64,000 nt of DNA from Escherichia coli (GTDB taxonomy: Bacteria > Pseudomonadota > Gammaproteobacteria > Enterobacterales > Enterobacteriaceae): the NCBI RefSeq assembly GCF_003334385.1, contig NZ_QOWN01000001.1; one strand, written 5' to 3'. Positions 12,722 through 26,210 of this stretch are shown here, piece by piece (within the stretch, counting starts at the first letter, position 1; each line of letters begins with the position of its first letter). The translations under genes were made by a program, and so were the position numbers. The notes beneath the pieces were generated by a model. It did no database searches. It had not been told where the DNA came from and was given only the letters and a program-made list of their open reading frames with translations.

Positions 12722-14383
12722 ATGAGTGATATAGCATTAACGGTCAGTATTCTGGCTTTGGTGGCAGTCGTCGGTTTGTTTATCGGCAACGTCAAATTTC
12801 GCGGCATAGGATTAGGTATTGGCGGCGTGCTGTTTGGTGGGATCATCGTCGGCCATTTTGTTTCTCAGGCGGGGATGACATTAAGTAGCGATATGCTGCA
12901 TGTTATTCAGGAATTTGGCCTGATCCTGTTCGTTTATACTATCGGGATTCAGGTAGGGCCGGGCTTCTTTGCCTCATTGCGCGTCTCCGGATTACGCCTC
13001 AACCTGTTTGCTGTTCTGATCGTCATCATCGGTGGTCTGGTTACCGCCATCCTGCATAAACTGTTTGATATTCCACTGCCGGTAGTGCTGGGGATTTTCT
13101 CCGGTGCGGTTACCAATACGCCAGCGCTGGGGGCAGGGCAGCAGATTTTGCGCGACCTGGGTACACCAATGGAAATGGTCGATCAGATGGGGATGAGTTA
13201 CGCGATGGCGTATCCATTCGGCATTTGCGGGATTTTGTTCACCATGTGGATGTTGCGGGTTATTTTCCGCGTCAATGTCGAGACAGAAGCTCAGCAGCAC
13301 GAGTCTTCACGCACCAATGGCGGCGCGCTGATCAAGACTATCAATATTCGCGTTGAGAACCCTAACCTGCATGATTTAGCCATTAAAGATGTACCGATTC
13401 TCAACGGCGACAAAATTATCTGCTCGCGTCTGAAACGCGAAGAAACCCTAAAAGTTCCTTCGCCAGATACCATTATCCAACTGGGCGATTTGCTGCATCT
13501 GGTGGGTCAGCCAGCGGATTTACATAATGCGCAACTGGTGATTGGTCAGGAGGTCGATACTTCGCTGTCCACGAAAGGCACTGATTTGCGCGTCGAGCGT
13601 GTGGTGGTCACCAATGAAAACGTGCTCGGAAAACGTATTCGCGACCTGCACTTTAAAGAACGCTATGACGTTGTTATCTCGCGCCTGAACCGTGCCGGGG
13701 TCGAACTGGTCGCCAGTGGCGATATCAGCCTGCAGTTCGGCGATATCCTCAATCTGGTGGGGCGTCCGTCCGCAATTGATGCCGTTGCCAATGTGCTGGG
13801 GAATGCGCAGCAAAAACTGCAACAGGTTCAGATGCTGCCAGTGTTTATTGGCATCGGGCTAGGCGTATTGTTAGGTTCTATTCCCGTCTTTGTGCCAGGA
13901 TTCCCGGCCGCGTTGAAACTGGGGCTGGCGGGCGGACCGCTGATTATGGCGTTGATCCTCGGGCGTATCGGCAGTATCGGCAAGCTGTACTGGTTTATGC
14001 CGCCAAGCGCCAACCTCGCGCTGCGGGAGCTGGGGATCGTGCTGTTCCTCTCGGTCGTTGGTCTGAAATCTGGTGGGGATTTTGTGAATACCCTGGTCAA
14101 TGGCGAAGGGCTAAGCTGGATTGGTTATGGTGCCCTGATCACCGCCGTTCCGCTGATTACTGTTGGCATTCTGGCGCGGATGTTAGCCAAAATGAATTAC
14201 CTGACCATGTGCGGGATGCTGGCAGGTTCCATGACCGATCCTCCGGCGCTGGCGTTTGCTAATAATCTTCATCCAACCAGCGGTGCGGCGGCGCTCTCTT
14301 ACGCCACTGTCTATCCGTTGGTAATGTTCCTGCGCATTATCACCCCCCAATTACTGGCGGTGCTCTTCTGGAGTATCGGTTAA
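12722..14383 (+). CDS. yidE: Putative transporter YidE (AAE family, two TrkA-C domains)
   Basis: ORF 12698-14383; start [11 protein letters not shown] (553 aa); duplicated membrane domains with central RCK_C. Confidence 0.88.
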
Positions 14384-15096
14384 CTCTTTTCCGGGTGGAG
14401 TCGCCGTAAATGGTACTCCACCTGGTATTCGCTGGCATTTCTGAACATCACTGAATAATTCAAAAACTCCCCGCTCTCGCTATATGACAACGAGGTGATC
14501 CGCAGCAGTGGCGTGTGTTCCGCTACCTTCATTTGCCGCGCCAGCAGTCTATCGGCGAGCACTGGCGTCAGGCTTTCATAATTACCGCCAATCAAAATCC
14601 CGCACTCTTGTTCAATATATTCAAACTTCGACCCTTCCAGATGTTGCAGCGAAAGATTACGGAACAGTTTTACCGGCATATAGCTGTCTTCCAGCATCAG
14701 CGGTTTCCCTTCCACAAAACGAACGCGACGGGAGAAGTAGATCTGCTCGTTGATTTGAATCCGTAACTGGCTGGCAATGGCCGGAGGCGCAGGCATGATT
14801 TCAAAAATCAGCACCTGGCTGGTGACCGTTTTTCCCTGCCGTTTTAACACCTCCACCAGCCCGGTCAGACTGGCGGTTTGATGCAGTACATCTTTGCGCA
14901 CCAGGTAAGTGCCACTACCGTGGCGGCGGACCACCAGCCCCCACGCTACCAGCAGGTCAATGGCTTTACGGATGGTCATCCGCGATACCGCAAACTCTTC
15001 CGCCAGCTTTTTTTCACCGGGAAGAAGGCTGTTTAGCGTGAAATCTGCGGAGTTAAGTCGAATTCTTAACCGCTCCGCAATGCTTTTGTAGATCAT
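14380..15096 (-). CDS. yidP: GntR-family transcriptional regulator (UTRA domain)
   Basis: ORF 14380-15255; likely start [10 protein letters not shown] (238 aa); convergent with yidE, stops overlapping. Confidence 0.85.
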
Positions 15097-15391
15097 CTCT
15101 AGATCTCTTTTTTGCCTGCAAGCCCGGGTAATGCGCACACAAGTTCTGCTTAATCGATTGAAAAAACATCTTTTTTTTAAAGATGTGTTCGATGCTGTGT
15201 ACCTGTGCTCACAGAGGTCTACTTTTTCGCGAAAACGTAGATCTCTACCGCCCAACGAAAAGCATGAAAGCGATCACGAATCCCATTGGGTCGTCATGTT
15301 CTGCCGATCGCATCTTCCTATCCTCGCTCCAGGCCTGCCGCATAACCAATCAGGCTTCCTACTTACAGAATTGAGAAAAGAGGATGTGGAA

Positions 15392-18712
<3,321 letters not shown>

Positions 18713-18878
18713 TTTAATATCCCTCCGGCGAATTATGCTCACAACCTGAACTTAACAGAAAACAATCCGTTCAGGGATACGACGTTTGTATTTTAAGAAT
18801 CTGACTGCCTGACCCGACGCATTTTACCTCTCCCTATATTCATGCGTCCGGGACATAAACATAAATAAGGGCTATGAG

Positions 18879-20594
18879 ATGAATTCGTTACAAATCTTGA
18901 GTTTTGTCGGTTTTACGCTGCTGGTGGCGGTGATCACCTGGTGGAAGGTCCGCAAAACAGATACCGGATCGCAACAAGGCTATTTTCTTGCCGGACGTTC
19001 ACTAAAAGCGCCGGTTATTGCCGCTTCGTTAATGCTAACCAACCTTTCCACGGAACAACTGGTCGGCCTTTCCGGGCAGGCCTACAAAAGCGGCATGTCG
19101 GTGATGGGCTGGGAAGTGACTTCAGCGGTGACGCTGATCTTCCTCGCGCTAATCTTTTTACCGCGCTATCTGAAGCGCGGCATTGCCACCATCCCCGATT
19201 TTCTGGAGGAACGTTATGATAAAACGACGCGTATTATCATCGACTTCTGCTTCCTAATTGCCACCGGCGTCTGCTTTCTGCCGATTGTTCTCTACTCCGG
19301 CGCGTTGGCGCTCAACAGCCTGTTTCACGTCGGGGAATCGCTACAGATTTCTCACGGTGCGGCTATCTGGCTACTGGTAATTTTGCTTGGTCTGGCGGGA
19401 ATTTTGTATGCGGTGATCGGCGGACTGCGCGCAATGGCAGTGGCGGACTCCATCAACGGTATTGGGCTGGTTATCGGCGGGTTGATGGTGCCGGTATTTG
19501 GCCTGATCGCGATGGGCAAGGGCAGCTTTATGCAGGGCATTGAGCAACTCACCACCGTTCACGCCGAGAAATTAAACTCAATCGGTGGCCCGACCGATCC
19601 CTTGCCGATTGGCGCGGCATTTACCGGTTTGATTCTGGTGAACACCTTTTACTGGTGTACAAATCAGGGCATCGTGCAACGCACGCTGGCGTCAAAAAGC
19701 CTGGCGGAAGGGCAAAAGGGGGCGCTGTTAACGGCGGTGCTGAAAATGCTCGACCCGCTGGTACTGGTGCTGCCAGGGTTGATTGCGTTTCATCTGTATC
19801 AGGATTTACCGAAAGCCGACATGGCCTACCCGACGCTGGTCAATAACGTTCTGCCAGTGCCAATGGTGGGTTTCTTCGGCGCGGTGTTATTTGGTGCGGT
19901 GATCAGTACCTTCAACGGCTTTCTGAATAGCGCCAGTACGTTATTCAGTATGGGTATTTACCGTCGCATCATTAACCAGAATGCCGAGCCGCAGCAGCTG
20001 GTCACCGTCGGGCGCAAATTTGGTTTCTTTATCGCTATCGTTTCGGTGCTGGTCGCGCCGTGGATCGCCAACGCGCCGCAGGGGCTGTATAGCTGGATGA
20101 AACAGCTCAACGGCATTTACAACGTGCCGCTGGTTACCATCATCATTATGGGCTTTTTCTTCCCGCGCATCCCGGCGCTGGCGGCAAAAGTAGCGATGGG
20201 GATTGGCATAATCAGCTACATCACCATCAACTATCTGGTGAAGTTCGACTTCCATTTCCTCTATGTGCTGGCCTGTACGTTCTGCATCAACGTGGTCGTG
20301 ATGCTGGTGATCGGTTTTATCAAACCGCGCGCCACGCCGTTCACCTTCAAAGATGCGTTTGCGGTGGACATGAAACCGTGGAAAAACGTCAAGATCGCGT
20401 CAATTGGCATCCTGTTCGCGATGATTGGCGTCTATGCCGGGCTGGCTGAATTCGGCGGCTACGGTACGCGCTGGTTAGCGATGATCAGTTATTTCATTGC
20501 CGCCGTAGTGATTGTCTACCTGATTTTTGACAGCTGGCGGCATCGTCACGACCCAGCCGTAACCTTTACTCCCGACGGGAAGGATAGCCTATGA
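18879..20594 (+). CDS. yidK: Sodium:solute symporter family transporter
   Basis: 571 aa multi-pass membrane protein, SSS-family signature; synteny. Confidence 0.88.
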   Translation: MNSLQILSFVGFTLLVAVITWWKVRKTDTGSQQGYFLAGRSLKAPVIAASLMLTNLSTEQLVGLSGQAYKSGMSVMGWEVTSAVTLIFLALIFLPRYLKRGIATIPDFLEERYDKTTRIIIDFCFLIATGVCFLPIVLYSGALALNSLFHVGESLQISHGAAIWLLVILLGLAGILYAVIGGLRAMAVADSINGIGLVIGGLMVPVFGLIAMGKGSFMQGIEQLTTVHAEKLNSIGGPTDPLPIGAAFTGLILVNTFYWCTNQGIVQRTLASKSLAEGQKGALLTAVLKMLDPLVLVLPGLIAFHLYQDLPKADMAYPTLVNNVLPVPMVGFFGAVLFGAVISTFNGFLNSASTLFSMGIYRRIINQNAEPQQLVTVGRKFGFFIAIVSVLVAPWIANAPQGLYSWMKQLNGIYNVPLVTIIIMGFFFPRIPALAAKVAMGIGIISYITINYLVKFDFHFLYVLACTFCINVVVMLVIGFIKPRATPFTFKDAFAVDMKPWKNVKIASIGILFAMIGVYAGLAEFGGYGTRWLAMISYFIAAVVIVYLIFDSWRHRHDPAVTFTPDGKDSL

Positions 20595-22084
20595 AACGCC
20601 CCAATTTTCTGTTCGTCATGACCGATACCCAGGCCACCAATATGGTCGGTTGCTATAGCGGTAAACCGCTGAATACGCAAAATATTGATAGTCTGGCGGC
20701 GGAAGGTATTCGCTTTAATTCCGCCTACACCTGTTCACCGGTTTGTACGCCTGCACGGGCCGGACTATTTACCGGTATCTACGCTAACCAGTCCGGCCCG
20801 TGGACCAACAACGTCGCGCCAGGCAAAAACATCTCCACTATGGGGCGCTACTTTAAGGATGCCGGCTATCACACCTGTTACATCGGCAAATGGCATCTCG
20901 ACGGTCATGACTATTTCGGCACTGGCGAGTGTCCGCCGGAGTGGGACGCTGATTACTGGTTCGATGGGGCGAACTATCTTAGCGAACTGACGGAAAAAGA
21001 GATTAGCCTGTGGCGCAATGGCCTAAACAGCGTCGAAGATTTACAGGCGAACCATATCGACGAAACCTTCACCTGGGCGCATCGTATCAGCAATCGGGCG
21101 GTGGATTTTCTGCAACAGCCTGCGCGCGCAGACGAGCCTTTCCTGATGGTGGTTTCGTATGATGAGCCGCATCACCCGTTCACCTGTCCGGTGGAGTATT
21201 TAGAGAAATACGCTGATTTTTACTACGAGCTGGGCGAGAAAGCACAGGATGACCTGGCTAACAAACCGGAACATCACCGCTTATGGGCGCAGGCGATGCC
21301 ATCGCCAGTCGGTGATGACGGGCTTTATCACCATCCGCTCTATTTTGCCTGTAATGACTTTGTTGATGACCAAATCGGACGGGTCATCAATGCCTTAACG
21401 CCAGAGCAACGTGAAAATACGTGGGTTATTTATACCTCCGATCACGGCGAAATGATGGGCGCACATAAGCTGATCAGTAAAGGGGCGGCGATGTATGACG
21501 ACATCACCCGCATTCCGCTGATCATCCGTTCGCCGCAAGGGGAGCGGCGACAGGTCGATACGCCAGTCAGTCATATCGATTTACTGCCGACAATGATGGC
21601 GCTGGCAGATATTGAAAAACCAGAGATTCTGCCGGGGGAAAATATCCTTGCCGTGAAAGAGCCACGCGGCGTGATGGTGGAATTTAACCGCTACGAGATT
21701 GAGCATGACAGCTTTGGCGGTTTTATTCCGGTGCGTTGCTGGGTGACGGATGACTTTAAACTGGTACTCAACCTCTTCACCAGTGATGAACTTTACGATC
21801 GCCGTAATGACCCAAATGAAATGCATAACCTGATCGATGATATCCGTTTTGCAGACGTTCGCAGCAAAATGCATGACGCCTTATTGGATTACATGGACAA
21901 AATTCGCGATCCGTTCCGCAGTTACCAATGGAGTCTGCGTCCGTGGCGTAAAGATGCACGGCCGCGCTGGATGGGGGCGTTTCGTCCACGTCCACAAGAT
22001 GGCTATTCGCCAGTTGTACGCGACTATGACACCGGCCTACCGACACAAGGGGTGAAGGTGGAGGAGAAAAAACAGAAGTTCTGA
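20591..22084 (+). CDS. yidJ: Sulfatase (alkaline-phosphatase superfamily)
   Basis: 497 aa; sulfatase active-site motif CSPVCTPARAGLFTG (formylglycine site). Confidence 0.9.
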   Translation: MKRPNFLFVMTDTQATNMVGCYSGKPLNTQNIDSLAAEGIRFNSAYTCSPVCTPARAGLFTGIYANQSGPWTNNVAPGKNISTMGRYFKDAGYHTCYIGKWHLDGHDYFGTGECPPEWDADYWFDGANYLSELTEKEISLWRNGLNSVEDLQANHIDETFTWAHRISNRAVDFLQQPARADEPFLMVVSYDEPHHPFTCPVEYLEKYADFYYELGEKAQDDLANKPEHHRLWAQAMPSPVGDDGLYHHPLYFACNDFVDDQIGRVINALTPEQRENTWVIYTSDHGEMMGAHKLISKGAAMYDDITRIPLIIRSPQGERRQVDTPVSHIDLLPTMMALADIEKPEILPGENILAVKEPRGVMVEFNRYEIEHDSFGGFIPVRCWVTDDFKLVLNLFTSDELYDRRNDPNEMHNLIDDIRFADVRSKMHDALLDYMDKIRDPFRSYQWSLRPWRKDARPRWMGAFRPRPQDGYSPVVRDYDTGLPTQGVKVEEKKQKF

Positions 22085-22130
22085 CGATAATGCCCGCTGA
22101 TGATCACCCGGCGGGCATTATTCAGGCTGC

Positions 22131-22580
22131 TTAAACCAGTGAACCGCCGGTCAGGAAGGAAAAGATAAGGAATATCAGCAAAATGCTGCACACGATGCCG
22201 ATACCAAAAAGCAAGGTATGGAAAGCCAGCGTCCCGCCGCCAAAAACCAGCGCGCCGCGAATGCCCCAGCGATTTTCCTTACGCATACCGCCAATAAATG
22301 CGCAAAGTAGCGCAGCAATGGCCAGTGCGATACCGCTTTGATTGAGGATTTTATCGACATCTACGTCCTCTTTTTTCTCCACGGTGGTAATTTTTTCGCC
22401 TTTTATTCCGGCGAGAAGACCTCTTTTAATTTCAGCCGTTTTGTCCGCCACGATGCTTTCAAACGTTGGCGGTGGTGCGGAGAAAGGGCCGAATGAAAAG
22501 TGGATAATCCCCATCATTAAAGCGATGGCACCGAACAGCATGCCCAATGAACTGATTTTATTTTGAGCTATGATACCCAT
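22131..22580 (-). CDS. yidI: Inner membrane protein YidI
   Basis: ORF 22131-22688; likely start MGIIAQNKISSLGM (149 aa); hydrophobic. Confidence 0.8.
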   Translation of the reverse strand: MGIIAQNKISSLGMLFGAIALMMGIIHFSFGPFSAPPPTFESIVADKTAEIKRGLLAGIKGEKITTVEKKEDVDVDKILNQSGIALAIAALLCAFIGGMRKENRWGIRGALVFGGGTLAFHTLLFGIGIVCSILLIFLIFSFLTGGSLV

Positions 22581-22687
22581 CTGACCTCCTTGTAGCGGAT
22601 GGCAAAAGCATATCAGGAAACGGGCGGACGAAATTCTTAAAAAAACCGCTAAAGGTAGAGCGTTAGTGAAATTGCAAAGGAGCAACA

Positions 22688-23035
22688 ATGAAAATTTCCC
22701 GCCTCGGAGAAGCGCCTGATTACCGCTTCTCGCTGGCTAATGAGCGTACTTTTCTGGCGTGGATCCGTACTGCACTAGGATTTCTGGCGGCGGGGGTTGG
22801 GCTTGATCAACTTGCGCCAGATTTCGCCACGCCCGTCATTCGCGAACTGCTGGCGTTGTTGTTGTGTCTGTTTTCCGGCGGGTTAGCGATGTATGGCTAC
22901 TTGCGCTGGTTACGCAATGAAAAAGCGATGCGTCTGAAAGAGGACCTGCCCTACACCAACAGCTTATTAATCATTAGCTTAATATTGATGGTCGTGGCGG
23001 TGATCGTTATGGGACTGGTGTTGTATGCCGGATAG
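22688..23035 (+). CDS. yidH: Inner membrane protein YidH (DUF202)
   Basis: 115 aa small membrane protein; synteny. Confidence 0.85.
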   Translation: MKISRLGEAPDYRFSLANERTFLAWIRTALGFLAAGVGLDQLAPDFATPVIRELLALLLCLFSGGLAMYGYLRWLRNEKAMRLKEDLPYTNSLLIISLILMVVAVIVMGLVLYAG

Positions 23036-23387
23036 CCGCAAAGCCAGACGCATTGCCGACCCAGGACTGCAGCCGGAGCGCACATCACTGGCGTGGTTTC
23101 GTACCATGCTGGGCTACGGCGCGTTGATGGCGTTGGCTATCAAACACAACTGGCACCAGGCGGGCATGTTATTCTGGATTTCGATTGGCATTCTCGCCAT
23201 CGTGGCGCTGATCCTCTGGCACTACACCCGTAATCGCAATTTAATGGATGTCACGAATAGCGATTTTTCCCAATTTCACGTAGTCCGTGACAAATTTTTG
23301 ATCTCCCTCGCGGTGTTATCTCTCGCAATACTGTTTGCTGTAACGCATATACATCAACTTATCGTATTTATTGAGAGAGTCGCATGA
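23025..23387 (+). CDS. yidG: Inner membrane protein YidG
   Basis: 120 aa; overlaps yidH stop, operon-like. Confidence 0.85.
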   Translation: MPDSRKARRIADPGLQPERTSLAWFRTMLGYGALMALAIKHNWHQAGMLFWISIGILAIVALILWHYTRNRNLMDVTNSDFSQFHVVRDKFLISLAVLSLAILFAVTHIHQLIVFIERVA

Positions 23388-23881
23388 CAGGAAGTCAGGT
23401 CATTGATGCTGAAGAGGACAGGCATAAACTGGTTGTAGAGTACAAGGATGCTCTGCAACCTGCCGATTTTTATCACAATTTCAAACAGCGGGGCATCCGC
23501 TCCGTACAGCTCATTCCCTATCTTGAATTTGATGACCGGGGCGATCTGACGGCCGCTTCGGTGACAGCAGAGCTGTGGGGGAAATTTTTAATTGCCCTGT
23601 TCGATTGTTGGGTGCGGGCAGATATCAGTCGTATCTCGATTGAGCTTTTTGACGCCACCTTACAAAAATGGTGTGGCAGCGAAAACCCGCAACCGCGCTG
23701 TGACTGCCAGGCGTGCGACTGGCATCGCCTGTGCCCGCACGCTCGGCAGGAGACGCCAGACAGCGTGCTTTGTGCGGGCTATCAGGCGTTTTATTCTTAC
23801 TCCGCACCGCATATGCGGGTGATGCGTGATCTGATAAAGCAGCATCGTTCTCCCATGGAGCTGATGACGATGCTGCGGTGA
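23384..23881 (+). CDS. yidF: Uncharacterised protein YidF
   Basis: 165 aa, Cys-rich; last gene of yidHGF. Confidence 0.8.
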   Translation: MTGSQVIDAEEDRHKLVVEYKDALQPADFYHNFKQRGIRSVQLIPYLEFDDRGDLTAASVTAELWGKFLIALFDCWVRADISRISIELFDATLQKWCGSENPQPRCDCQACDWHRLCPHARQETPDSVLCAGYQAFYSYSAPHMRVMRDLIKQHRSPMELMTMLR

Positions 23882-23888
23882 CGTGCGC

Positions 23889-25073
23889 TTAAACGGGCTG
23901 CCCCTGATGCGACATCCGCGTCGCCAGCGGCAGCCAGCACAGCACGATCAACAATCCCATTAAGGTCATCAACAACCCCAGGCTGCCCTGACCGGTTTGC
24001 GGCAACATCGCAGAGAGCGACGCCAGCACGCCGGAACCAATGTTTTGCAGACCGCCGACCAGCGCGCCAGCCGTGCCCGCCAGGAAGGGGAACGGCTCCA
24101 TCGCGCCGCTGGTCGCCAGCGGAAACAGCATCCCGGCACCGAAAAAGAACAGCGCGGCGGGAACGAGCAGCGTCCAGACATTCATCACGCCAAACCAGTC
24201 GGGGATCCACATCAGCAAGCCAGCCAGCAGGCAGCAGATAACCGACTGCCACATTAACGTGGAGAAGCGTTTATTGGGACGTCCGGCAAACCATGCGCCA
24301 AAAAACGCTGCCGGAATCGGCAGAATAAACAAAATACTGACCGTCATACTGCTCAGCCCTAACACCGCGCCCATCAGCACGCCGGAGCAGGCTTCAAAGG
24401 CGGCAATCCCGGCCAGACCGCCAATCAGCATCAGCAAATAACAGTTAAAACCGCTGTTACCGAAAAGCGTTTTATAACTGGTAAGCAGGCGCGTGCGCGG
24501 TGCATCGACCGGACGCGTTTCCGGCATCCAGCGGGCCATACTGAAGGTCACACCAGCACAAAGAACCAACAAAAAGAGATAACAGGCGCGCCAGTTCCAC
24601 ATCGTATCCAGCAGACCGCCGATTAGCGGTGCGAGCAACGGACTGACGAGAATCCCCATGTTTAACAGGCTGTTAGCATGGCGCAACTGTGTCCGTTCAT
24701 ATAAATCTCGCGGTAAAGTACGCGCCATTACGCCGCCAACGCCGGTGCCCATCCCCTGCATCGCGCTGGCGGCAATCAACACCGTCAAACTGGAGGTCGT
24801 GACCGCGACCAGCGTTGCCAGCATAAAAATGGACATTCCGACGAGGATCACCGGTCGGCGGCCCACGCGGTCGGAAATCGGGCCATAAAACAGCTGTGAG
24901 ACACCGTAAGTCAGCAGATAAGCGCCCATTACGCTCTGCACCGCCCCTTCACGGACGTTGAGATCGCGCGCCATATCGGCAATAGCTGGAATATAAATGG
25001 TTTGCGCCATCTGACCGACGGCCACGAGTAATACCAACATCAATAACAAATTGACGTTTCTTTGCCTTTTCAT
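23889..25073 (-). CDS. emrD: Multidrug efflux MFS transporter EmrD
   Basis: ORF 23889-25079; start MKRQRNVNLLLML (394 aa); MFS topology. Confidence 0.92.
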   Translation of the reverse strand: MKRQRNVNLLLMLVLLVAVGQMAQTIYIPAIADMARDLNVREGAVQSVMGAYLLTYGVSQLFYGPISDRVGRRPVILVGMSIFMLATLVAVTTSSLTVLIAASAMQGMGTGVGGVMARTLPRDLYERTQLRHANSLLNMGILVSPLLAPLIGGLLDTMWNWRACYLFLLVLCAGVTFSMARWMPETRPVDAPRTRLLTSYKTLFGNSGFNCYLLMLIGGLAGIAAFEACSGVLMGAVLGLSSMTVSILFILPIPAAFFGAWFAGRPNKRFSTLMWQSVICCLLAGLLMWIPDWFGVMNVWTLLVPAALFFFGAGMLFPLATSGAMEPFPFLAGTAGALVGGLQNIGSGVLASLSAMLPQTGQGSLGLLMTLMGLLIVLCWLPLATRMSHQGQPV

Positions 25074-25249
25074 TATCACGGATGCTTTTATAAAAATAAT
25101 TAGAATAAGTCACTACGCATTCCCATAAATGCGGGAGAGGAATCTATCACATTGATGAATGTTAGCCAGATATACGCCAGGAATGGGGAATTGTTTAGCG
25201 GCAGAATATGTAAACAAAAGCGGCAATAAATGTTGCCGGGAGAGATGGT

Positions 25250-25282
25250 AGGGCGGATAAGATGCGTCAGCATCGCATCCGA
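25250..25282. repeat. REP-like palindromic element
   Basis: ggcggataagatgcgtcagcatcgcatccgac resembles the REP consensus. Confidence 0.55.
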
Positions 25283-25302
25283 CACCAACCCGCACGCTAA
25301 AT

Positions 25303-25330
25303 ATAAAAGGGGAGCGGTTTCCCGCTCCCC
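25303..25330 (-). terminator. Rho-independent terminator downstream of tisB
   Basis: Hairpin ggggagcgg-ttt-cccgctcccc; on the minus strand it is followed by a U-run. Confidence 0.7.
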
Positions 25331-25352
25331 TTTGGTGCGACTTGAATCTGAA

Positions 25353-25442
25353 TTACTTCAGGTATTTCAGAACAGCATCAAGCAGTTGCAGTGCTGCAAC
25401 AATGAGTTTGAGGATAAGAATGGCGATATCCACCAGGTTCAT
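25353..25442 (-). CDS. tisB: SOS-induced toxic membrane peptide TisB (type I toxin, 29 aa)
   Basis: Minus-strand translation reads MNLVDIAILILKLIVAALQLLDAVLKYLK; too short for the ORF track; lies between emrD and ivbL as in E. coli. Confidence 0.9.
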   Translation of the reverse strand: MNLVDIAILILKLIVAALQLLDAVLKYLK

Positions 25443-25545
25443 ACGCGTCTCCTGTGGTTCAGGAGCACTGCCAGCTGACGTACCTTTCCGCTGCCTGTTG
25501 CCAGCTGTTGTGCACGCGGTATCTCAAGGAGAAACGTTGTGCTTG

Positions 25546-25566
25546 TTGACATAACACAGTGTGCTC
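25546..25566 (-). promoter_or_regulatory. Probable IstR-1 pairing (standby) site in the tisAB 5' UTR
   Basis: gttgacataacacagtgtgct is 20/21 identical to the 5' end of the putative IstR-1 (25804-25824) on the same DNA strand, so the minus-strand mRNA is complementary to the plus-strand sRNA; about 105 nt upstream of the tisB start. Confidence 0.6.
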
Positions 25567-25678
25567 ACGCGGGGTTAAGGCGCTGACGGCACCACCCGTT
25601 TCAGCCAGGACTTAGTGCGCCGGGTAACGATGCGGCCCCCGCATAACACATTGCGTACAGTGATATTATAGAAGTTTA

Positions 25679-25694
25679 CTGTATAAATAAACAG
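25679..25694. promoter_or_regulatory. LexA box (SOS operator) between divergent tisAB and istR promoters
   Basis: CTGTATAAATAAACAG matches the CTGT-N8-ACAG consensus exactly. Confidence 0.85.
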
Positions 25695-25802
25695 TAATAT
25701 TTGGACAAAACGCAAACTGTGATCGATACTCAACTATGCACTAAATACGTCAAAATTCGTGCCGAAATTGCGCGTTCTGCGCGGAACACGTATACTTTCA
25801 GT

Positions 25803-25877
25803 GTTGACATAATACAGTGTGCTTTGCGGTTACCAGCCGCAGGCGACTGACGAAACCTCGCTCCGGCGGGGTTTTTT
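25803..25877 (+). ncRNA. istR: Small antisense RNA IstR-1 (antitoxin to tisB); 5' end approximate
   Basis: About 75 nt ending in hairpin plus U-run (cctcgctccggcggggtttttt); its 5' segment repeats the tisAB UTR target site; IstR-2 would start further upstream near the LexA box. Confidence 0.6.
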
Positions 25878-26006
25878 GTTATCTGCAATTCAGTACAAAA
25901 CGTGATCAACCCCTCAATTTTCCCTTGCTGAAAAATTTTCCATTGTCTCCCCTGTAAAGCTGTGCTTGTATAAATATTGTTAAACACAAAACCAACAAGG
26001 TCCCCA

Positions 26007-26105
26007 ATGACTACTTCCATGCTCAACGCAAAACTACTACCAACTGCGCCATCCGCCGCAGTGGTCGTCGTGCGTGTGGTGGTGGTCGTCGGCAATGCGC
26101 CGTAG
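26007..26105 (+). CDS. ivbL: ilvB operon leader peptide
   Basis: 32-aa ORF MTTSMLNAKLLPTAPSAAVVVVRVVVVVGNAP with a Val/Leu-rich attenuation tract; missing from the ORF track because of size. Confidence 0.9.
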   Translation: MTTSMLNAKLLPTAPSAAVVVVRVVVVVGNAP

Positions 26106-26129
26106 GGACTGGAACAACACACGATTCCA

Positions 26130-26167
26130 AAACCCCGCCGGCGCAAACCGGGCGGGGTTTTTCGTTT
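26130..26167 (+). terminator. ilvB attenuator terminator
   Basis: Hairpin ccccgccggcgcaaaccgggcgggg followed by tttttcgttt, between leader peptide and ilvB. Confidence 0.8.
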
Positions 26168-26210
26168 AAGCACCTCCCGGAAAGTCGGCCCAGAAGAAAA
26201 GGACTGGAGC

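Noticed and set aside
15131-15391. N-terminal 87 codons of the 625-aa ORF called for the PTS gene
   Set aside because: This part runs across the yidP-glv intergenic promoter region; the conserved EIIC N-terminus begins at the ATG at 15392.
23969-24441. Several 70-151 aa ORFs in both strands within emrD
   Set aside because: They are out-of-frame or antisense overlaps of a well-supported transporter gene, with Arg/Pro-rich artefactual composition.
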